Positions 54,590 through 64,000 of a stretch of DNA of 64,000 bases are shown one piece after another (position 1 is the stretch's first letter; the number at the start of each line of letters is the position of its first letter). The stretch is from NCBI GenBank assembly GCA_951406725.2, contig OX597823.1, positions 93,620,001-93,684,000 of the forward strand, written 5' to 3'. The notes beneath the pieces are model-generated. The model searched no databases and was not told the origin of the DNA. It saw nothing but the letters and a program-made list of their open reading frames with translations. The position numbers and the translations under genes are program-made. The stretch is from Octopus vulgaris (lineage: Eukaryota).

Positions 54590-55394
54590 AATAATAAATA
54601 TCTGAACGAGGTATAAACAGTAGCTGCACGACAATGTGAAGTATATTTACCAATTAAATGTGGCTAACCACTAAGGGTGGTTGCTGCTGTAGCTTGTAGC
54701 CCCATGAGAACATCTTTTCCAGCTCGCTATTGACATACTTTCTGTGCCCTATCAGTATTTGTGGAGGGAAGCCATCATTCGCATCGTCGACCTGACGTGA
54801 TACGCACGGACCCGGGTTTCTGGATATTTAACCGTCGTCAGCGCACGACAATCACCGGTCTTCGATGCGAAGGGGTCCCAATACAAATACATATATCCTT
54901 TTTCCAGCTACATTTTGTGTATGTACGTGTGTGTGAGTGAGCGAACAGGTATGTTCTCATATAAGTGGCACACGCGCACACACACTCTCTCTCTTTCTTT
55001 CTCTCTCTCGCACACATACACTCTCTCTCTTTCTCTCTCTCTCTCACACACACATACATGTCCATTTCATATATACGTTCATACATCCTTCACTATCTCC
55101 TCTCTTTCACTTTAAAACAGAAGTCACAGGTGATGTTCAGGATAAATTTTTTTTAAAAAGCTTCTACACACGTAATTTGATTACTATTGTTTGAATAGTT
55201 CCAATTTAATAAGTCCAGAAATAAGGTTAAATATATATACATGCATAAGTACCATGAATTTCCATTCTACAAAATGGCAAGCAGTTCCGTGAATTCTTTA
55301 CCGTGCAACGCTGGGTAGAAAGTCTTGTATATATATATATATAACATCCTGGAAAGTTAGAGAGGGCAAGTATTTCCAGTAGAGAACTCGACAT

Positions 55395-55620
55395 ATATTT
55401 CTTTATTACCCACAAGGGGCTAAACATAGAGGGGACAAACAAGGACAGACATAGGTATTAAGTCGATTAAATCGACTCCAGTGCGTAACTGGTACTTAAT
55501 TTATCGACCCCGAAAGGATAAAAGGCAAAGTCGACCTCGGCGGAATTTGAACTCACAACGTAACGCAGACGAAATACCGCTAAGCATTTCGCCCGGCGCG
55601 CTAACGAGTCTGCCAACTCG
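55395..55620 (-). mobile_element. SINE family B, full length, low divergence
   Basis: Matches the other family B copies. Confidence 0.87.
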
Positions 55621-55809
55621 TCGACTTTAGTTGAGAGCTTTCGGCCGTCTACACTGTCGAGTTATAATCTTAAGTAAAACATTTGTGTAGGTTTAGTGAA
55701 GAGAAAATATCCAAATAGGTAAAACATAATCCTTTGATGTACCATTTGAACGTCTATGTGTCTGCGTCCGTGTGTGAATGTCTGTGTGTGGATATCTGTG
55801 AATGGACGG

Positions 55810-55868
<59 letters not shown>

Positions 55869-57552
55869 TATATATATATGAATCCAGCCATACACATACA
55901 AACACACACACACATATATATACATTATGTGTGAGTGTATTTATCGATATGTATGCATGCAAGTATATATGTATGTACGTATGTACGTATGTACGTATGT
56001 ACGTAGGTACGTATGTACGTATGTACGTATGTATGTATGTATGTATGTATGTATGTATGTTTGTATGTATGTATGTACCTATGTATGTGTGTATGTAGGT
56101 GTGTGTGTGTAGCCTATCATTGCATGGCTAATACGGTTAAAGCACAAGACGGGTATACGAAACTTTCTCTAGATTCTCTCGCCAAGTATTACGTTTTTAC
56201 TGATATTCATAACTGTTGCTTACACTCTACCTGTTATTCAAACATCTTCCTAAATAATGTGATTATTTGTATTTTGTGAGAACAAGGCATTTGGAATTCT
56301 TTCCTAATGCCAGCAAAGGATTACTACTGGAAAAATACTATTTTCTTTTTCAACTACGTGAACTAGAATAAGCAAGTTTGCGATTTTTATGCGGGTTGCA
56401 GAACAATTATTAAGGTAGGTTCTTTGAGTGTTTCCAGTATACGCATTTCCCTTTATATCTTTTGATAGCTCTGCTTTTGCAAAAGTATTGTCGATGTGTA
56501 AGAGTTGAAAAGCTCATAGATGTGATAGAATCTTGAACTGAAAGCTGGTCACAAACATCCCTTTCATGGGAATGGTGCACTATACTGTTCTTTTGGCATA
56601 CTCAGTGTCTTCGTTTTATGAAGAAAAAGGAAATTAGATTGTGAGAGTTTCATGCCTTCCACAGGTCTATTAACGGACATAAAGATGTAAGTGAAATGAA
56701 ATAGGTACAGCAGTTCATATTGTCTTATATATCTGGAACGAAAGTATTACGGAATTGCTTTATCTTATATGTAACGACATTGTTTTAATGGCGCCCACAT
56801 TCTCACTTTGTAACCGATAAGTATTGTCATTGCTACGGCTATTACATGGGATCTCTCAATGGGAATTTAATATAAAATGATGGATGTAAAGATGGAGTTT
56901 CTTTAGAAAACCTAACCTTTCCTTTATTTTTGTTAGTTTTATACACATTCCCCTCAAACATTCTAAGTATCATGGGGTCTACAGAGGCTTCTAATGCACA
57001 AGCCAACAGTTGGAGTATCAACGTCTCATGTTTAATTGACTTGTATTCATTTCTTTTTCAATTTATCATTTTTTCTTCGTTAATAATAGATTTCTTTGCA
57101 ATCAAAAATTTGTTGACATTTTACAAAGAAAGAAAAAGTACATAATAGCCAAATATCAAGTAGCTAGAGTAACTTAAATTATTTTAATAGATTACGCGGT
57201 ACCCCTGTGTCTCAGAGGAGTTTTTATGATGATGTAAAAGATATAAATGCAATTAAATATCTTAAGATTGTTTGAATATTTATTCGTAATACATTCCGAT
57301 AGATTCGCGCGCGAATAAGCTAATCACTGATGTTTTTTTCTCGCAGAAGAACGATTTCTACTTTATGACAAATATGTACTCATAAGACACCCCAGTCATT
57401 AAGGCAAGGAACACGGGAGCTGGTGTTTTGAAAACTTTGATGTCGAAAATAACATCAGAAACAATCTGAGTAGGTATTAAATTCACAGTCAAACGGCATT
57501 GGACTTCAAAAGCATTCTACAAAATATACTGCATATAATACACACACATACA

Positions 57553-57640
<88 letters not shown>

Positions 57641-58460
57641 ACTCATGAAAAAAGGACATCAAGCAGTGTCTTAGAAAGTGTATTTTAACCTCAAAAAGAT
57701 GTCTGGCAAGAAAAAAAAAATGATCATATTTTAAAGTCTGGACATATACACGCATATATGGTTGGCTATGTAGCTAACACGCTCGAAATGTAACCAAATG
57801 GCTCGGAGTTCAGTCTTACAGTGTGCCAACCTTGAGGAAGTGCTTTTGTTGTAATTCTGTGCCTTTCAGTGTGTGTGTGTGTGTACTTGCATATATATTT
57901 TTTCTTAGTTATAGAAACGATTTCGCTCGATATTTCCTAACATGCTGCCTGGAAGATTGGAGAAACTTTTCTATTCATTTTGACAGGAATCTGCTAAAAT
58001 CAATCGCTCTCTTTCATTGCCATTCCGATATCTATAAACAGAAATAACTTAATTAGATATTTATCTTGATTTGCACAACTAAATTAGCGATCATTAACTC
58101 AGTAAATTATCATTGTGATATAAATGTTGTTAAAGTAATTGACAGAAAAAAAATACTATCGTAGCTACCTTATGAAATGGATATTATTGATGTAACGCCA
58201 CATTATTAAAACTTGCAATAAAACCAATGATGTTTTATTGAGTCATGATTGCTAATGTCAGATCACGTTATTGCTTGATACCTTCATATAGAGCTAATTA
58301 ATAATTTATATGTTAAGTTGAACATCAAAATATGCTGTGTGTAAACAACGTAGACTGTGTTCATTTATTACAATAATTATCTAGTTGACACCCGGCATTT
58401 GACAATCTCACGTGTTGCATATCTAATCATCAGTGGTGTATCAGTCGGACATTTAATGTA

Positions 58461-59098
58461 TGCGTTGGTATCAAAAGGTTCCCGGATTAGTTCTTTAGCG
58501 CGCCAACAGATGGCAGCACACTTGCGTGCACAGTGACTGTTAGCAGTGACATTCGTGAGGCAGTGTGATGAGTGACATCGCTGTTTTTACTTCGCAATTT
58601 CTGAAAATTGTGCTTTTGTAATCACATGGATTCTATAGTCTGCGATTTTGTTATGGACAGAAACAAAGAGCAAACGTGGAATTTTGCATTAAACCTGCGA
58701 ATTCTGCTACCGATGCATTGAGCATGCATCAGCATGCTTACAGCGATGAAGCAATGGGTTGTACGCAATGTTACGAGTGGTACGAGCGCTTGAAATGCGG
58801 AAGGACGTCTCTGGAGACGATGTGTGATCTGGAAGACCTACGTCACCCCCGGAAATGTGGTATCGAGAATTCGTCCCCCCAGGACCTAACCGTCAATCAA
58901 GAATTCTACTGTGACGTTTTGAAATGTCCGAGAGGGGACATTCGGCGAAAGCGATCGGATCTGTGGAGCGGGAAGAATTGGATTCTTAATGACGACAGTG
59001 CAGCCTGCCACCGAGCTCTACACACTTGTGAGTTTTTCGCCCAAACTAACATGGTATCGCTTTCGCACCCACACTATTCGCCAGATTTACCACCTTCC
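58461..59098 (+). mobile_element. Internally deleted mariner remnant
   Basis: TA + tgcgttggtatcaaaaggttcccgga end; EFCIK..NSAT......AYSDEAM...QCYEWY.R.K.GRTSLE joined to TVNQEFYCDVL...IRRKR.DLW...W.L.DD.A..H...HPHYSPDL. Confidence 0.85.
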
Positions 59099-59189
59099 CT
59101 AAAAGAGAAAGGTCAACAAATTGTTTAAAATATTAAAATGCTCTGGAAATTTGTGATACGATTTCGTATGTCCATACATGCATACATAC

Positions 59190-59665
59190 ATACTCTTTTA
59201 CTCTTTTACTTGTTTCAGGTATTTGACTATGGCCATGCTGGAGCACTGCCTTTAGTCGAGCAAATCGACTCCAGGACGTATTCTTTGTAAGCGACAAGGT
59301 TTCAGTTTCAATCTCCCAGTGTAGCACTTCGGGGGGCAAGTATGTTTTGCTATGGTGTCGGGCCGACCAAAGCTTTGCGAGGGAATTTGCTTGACAGAAA
59401 CTGGAAGAAACCAGTCGCACGCGCATGTGTGCGTATGCGTATTTGTCTCTGTATCTGTTTTCGTCCCTCATCACCGCTTGACAACCGGTGGTAATGTGTT
59501 TACGTCCCAGTAACTCAGAAGATCGGAAGAGGGAGCGATAGAATAATGATCATGCTTATTAAAAAAATAAGCACTCATGTGGATTCAGTCAACTAGAAAC
59601 TCTTCAGGACACTGCCCTAGTATGGCCGCAGTCCGATGACTGAAACTAGTGAAAGATTAAAGATA
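59190..59665. mobile_element. Two SINE family A copies in opposite orientation
   Basis: Minus 3' end 59190-59292, then plus copy 59320-59665. Confidence 0.7.
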
Positions 59666-59714
59666 AAAAACATAAATAGCATACCTACCAATATTTAGTG
59701 TTGAACCAATCAGT

Positions 59715-60605
59715 TAACTTAAGAATCATAAACAACTGTCTCCGCGTTACGGGAATCATCGCAACGACCGTTTGAGCAAATGTGGTGGAGCGATTTCAAG
59801 ATGTTATTGCGCTGAATATGCCAAACGGGTATAGCAATCCGTTTGAGGTCGATGCAGTTGATTGCGAGGACGACATTCAGAGGAATTGATAGAATTACAA
59901 AATGACGATGACGCAACAATGCGATATCGCTGTAATGTCAAAGGTTTGTGGTACCATCAGGGGATATTGAATTCCTACCCCAATCTGTGGAAACACCTGA
60001 AATTACTTTTGCTTGCCTTCCCTGCCTCATACCTGGATAAATCTGGTTTTAACCATGCTGGAACTTTATTTTTCCATAAAAGAATTGAACTGGATATGAT
60101 ACAACGAGGAGATTTGCGGTTAAAGTTGACAAGTTTGAAACTGAATGTATTTGCACTAGCTGTATCGCACCAAACACAAAGTTCTCCTTAAAAAGTTTTA
60201 TTATTTTCCTTTATAATACAATCATTAATTATTTTTGCATTGGTAGTTCTGATCAATGGTTCATTTGGGGAAAATGAAAGAAAAGTGTAAAAGAAAGCAC
60301 AAGTTTCCAGAAGTTAATCTGTCTGAATAATATAGAGTTAACGTTAGAATTTCATTCACATTAATGGCAAAACTAAACCCACAATAAGGTATTTGAAAAC
60401 AACCGCATATTTAGTCCAAATGGCGCTAATAAGACATCAAGTCTACTATATAGTGTGTGCGTCAAAGGATGCTAGGTGGGGGGTCCTAGAGGATTTTGTG
60501 TTAGGTGGAGTTGTGTCGGGTTTTTTAAAAAGGTAGGCGATGGAACATTTGTTCGCTAATAAGTGGGCGATATTGCAATTTGGCGCAAAAAATTGGGAAA
60601 CACTG
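59715..60605 (+). mobile_element. hAT (Buster/Charlie-like) transposon 3' remnant
   Basis: EELIELQND...YPNLWK..KLLLLAFPASYL..SGF...RGDLRLKLT.L......L..SHQ.QSS (C-terminal dimerisation region); terminal ttgggaaacactg = reverse complement of a CAGTGTTTCCCAA TIR. Confidence 0.85.
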
Positions 60606-61293
60606 CACTAGACTCTTCAATCCGATGCTCCAGCAAGGCTGAACTCCATAGACTAAGACGATAAGAATTTTTAAGAATAATGATTTTAAATTTAAATTTA
60701 AAACAAATCGAAACTAGCTGTACAAGAAAAAGGAATAAGAAAACACTTTTTGAATCATTAACATGAATTTATCAATTTTTAAAGCAACAATATTCAAAAT
60801 GTCATTTTCTAGGTTTATTAGAGTATAGCAATTCAATTAAACTTAAATTTAAAACTAAAATGTTGAGATTGTTTGTATATGGGAGGACAAGGACGTATGT
60901 TACAATTTTCAGTGATTTTATTTAGGTATTAAGTTAAATAAAATGTCGAATGTGTTAGAATTAGTTTAACAAGTGTAGATATTTTGGAAACTGATTCTTA
61001 CCTTATATTTAGGGAAGTTTAACTATTATTTCACGTAGAGTAGAATTTGACGAAGTGTTGATATGTGTGGTGTGGGATGGGGTTCTGTTAGTATATACTA
61101 GTATGTGTGTATTCCTGTAATGTTGGTATTTACGTCCAGCTAAAACCAATAATAAAACAATAAAACAATTTAACACTAAACACTGAACAATTACTAAATA
61201 CTTTTCGTAGAATGCAAATTGTATGCATCATATTTCTTATATTCTTACTTGTTACATATATATATACTCCATTCTTTCATATATATATATATA

Positions 61294-61327
<34 letters not shown>

Positions 61328-61361
61328 TAAATAGATAGATAGAGATATGTATGTATGTATG

Positions 61362-61397
<36 letters not shown>

Positions 61398-62439
61398 AAT
61401 ATACAGACTTTCAAGCTAATGGAATTCAGTATGTACAAATATTTACTTATATTAAAAGGGATATATTACTTAACTAAGAAGCTGGAGGCAAAACAAAATA
61501 ATAATGAATTTGAAAGTTAGGATTCATTATTATGAAAATATTATATCTTCCTAGTTTAATGAAAAGTCAAAAACTAATATATTAATTGTGTACATCTGAG
61601 AAAAAGAAATTCTCAATATTAGTTTACGAAAGTTATGCATATATATATATTATGTTTATGGAATAATGCTAGATATATGAAATAGCTGGAGATAGAGGCT
61701 GCTATATACGAAGAAAAGCCGAAAGTATAATTATTCGTAAAGAAAAAAAAAATGCCGTGCTATAGATAGATATTGCAAGAGTTTGGAAACACTTAACTTT
61801 AAGAATTTTGTATTAATGGGTAGGAATGTATGCCAGACGTATAGTCTTTAAAATGTATCATGTGTGACATGAAATTTCTCTGTTGAATAGAAAATTGAAT
61901 AGAAAGCCAGAAACTATAGAGTTGGTACTATTTGCTACTGAGGGAAATAGTCTCTTTGACTTAAAGGTGTAATATGTTATCTCCAGTCCATTGCTATGAA
62001 AATAAATAAGCTGAGTGTAGAGGCGGGAGGTGGGGACTAAAACTAGTAACAAGATGGAAGGATGTATGAGAATAAGTTATCAGAAATTCTTAAATTAAAG
62101 TATAAGATAACGATTTCACACAACCTGGTACACACGTACACAAACACACACATAGATACTCACACAGGCACACACAAACACTCACACACACAAACACTCG
62201 CACACAAACACATACTACATACATATGTATGTTTGTTTTTATACTCAGTTATAAAAGCAATCTGATGGGTTACTCTATAATTTTGTAGATTACAAATTTA
62301 TTATTCTTTAACGAAAATATCATTGACAGTGACTTCGGAGTTTCGGTCAATAAAACCTAAGTCGGAATGCAATCCGTCGATGGCTTTACTATCCGAAACT
62401 TTGAAGTGACAGTCAATAATATTCGCTTTTAATATACAT

Positions 62440-62840
62440 GCGTGGATTGGTGGTAAGAAGCTTGCTTCCAACCACATGGTTCGGCGTTCAGTCCCATTGC
62501 GTAGCACCTTGGGCAAGTGTCTTCTGCTATAGTCTCGGGCCGATCAAAGCCTTGTGAGTGGATTTGGTAGACGGAAACTGAAAGAAGCCTGTCGAATATA
62601 TGTGTGTGTTTTTGTATCTATGTGTGTGTATCTTTGTATTTGTGTTTGCCCTCCACCATCACCGCTTAGCAACCGTTGTTGGTGTGTTTACGTCCCCGTA
62701 ACTTAGCGGTTCGGCAATAAGAGACCGATAGAATAACTACCAAGCTTCAATACAAAATAAGATCTAGGGTCGATTAAAAACCTTTCATGGCGGTGCTCCT
62801 GTATGACCGAAGTCAAATGACTGAAACAAGTTAAAGAATG
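62440..62840 (+). mobile_element. SINE family A, full length
   Basis: tggtaagaagcttgcttccaaccacatggtt...gcaccttgggcaagtgtc...gtaacttagcggttcggc...gactgaaacaag. Confidence 0.85.
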
Positions 62841-62912
<72 letters not shown>

Positions 62913-62953
62913 TAGATATAGATATATACATATATATATATATATATATTTAT

Positions 62954-63025
<72 letters not shown>

Positions 63026-63140
63026 GTATACACATGTATATATATACAGATATATATATACATACATATATATATATACATATATATATGCATATATAGA
63101 TATATATACATACAATATATTTATATATATATTTAATGTA
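62841..63140. repeat. (AT)n/(AG)n compound microsatellite
   Basis: Direct reading. Confidence 0.95.
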
Positions 63141-64000
63141 TGTACATACACGTTCATATACGTATATTTGTATGTGTGTGTGCGCGCCTATGTATGTGTG
63201 TGTGTGCTTATAGAAGGATATGTAAGTTGTAAGGTATTAGATAACAGCTGTAAATAAAGCAGAGCATATAGCATTGTCTCTGTGTTCCATTAACGAAATT
63301 CCCGCCCGTATCAACGATCTGCATATAAACAATCACACCTTCACAAAACCTTTTTATGTGTTTCGATAAGCTATTTCTATAACCTGGTCTCTACCTTGAG
63401 ATAAGAACTTCATTGATAAACACTTCATGGAAATAATGTATATTTTCTAGCCAGTACCGTTTGACACCCATTCCATCCAGTCCAAATTCTTCTTCGATTT
63501 GCCTTGGAATTCTATATTTTCAGGCTACGTCGTGCGTATATTTCTGTAATATCTCTTTTCTTATAACTGTTTTCTCTTTATTATTATTGTGTAAGAGTAT
63601 TTTTTCACACAATATTTTCAGGCAGAAGCCTTTCATCTAAAACACTATAAAAAATTATTAAATGCCAGAGAAAAAATATGTAATCTTGATCTCCAATTTA
63701 ACGTGCCTATCGCTTTAGAACAAAGAATACGGTGTGACTTACCTGGAAATCTTTCATAAGGATTTGTGGTGCATAAAAACACATGTAATTATACTGTTGA
63801 CAGACGATAGTCGTCTGCTACGGCCACTGGAGGTCTCAGATCATGTAATTTCACCCTTCAGACTCTGTTTTCTCCCAAGATTCTATGTGTCGTTGACGGG
63901 AGATTCGTCTATTATCACGCTGCTGAACATCTATCACTGACTAACCCACAAGTTGAAATGATTCTGGCTGCGTAACAGACGGCTCTCGTCCGTCAACGAT

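Overview
AT-rich, microsatellite-saturated eukaryotic non-coding DNA. The repeat complement (tRNA-headed SINEs with internal microsatellites, Meta-domain-like SINEs, long (AT)n/(AAT)n/(AGAT)n tracts) looks like an octopus/cephalopod genome; that assignment is an inference. No intact protein-coding gene is visible, and nearly all ORFs in the track are microsatellite read-through. Recognisable coding remnants are a full-length decayed mariner with TIRs, further mariner, Tc1, maT (DD37D) and hAT fragments, two R4/Dong-like non-LTR remnants, a CR1/L2-like 3' end, a Penelope GIY-YIG tail and a truncated SPSB/gustavus-like pseudogene fragment. The most notable signal is a set of about a dozen type I hammerhead-ribozyme-like motifs in small non-autonomous Penelope/retrozyme-like elements. 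These include (i) a 352-bp tandem monomer with a U3-A8 core, (ii) a 283-bp palindrome with a 12-bp TSD carrying a G3-C8 core in each arm, (iii) motifs with very long helix II, and (iv) a tRNA-headed SINE-like element that ends in a hammerhead. All folds were read by eye and none was computed or tested.
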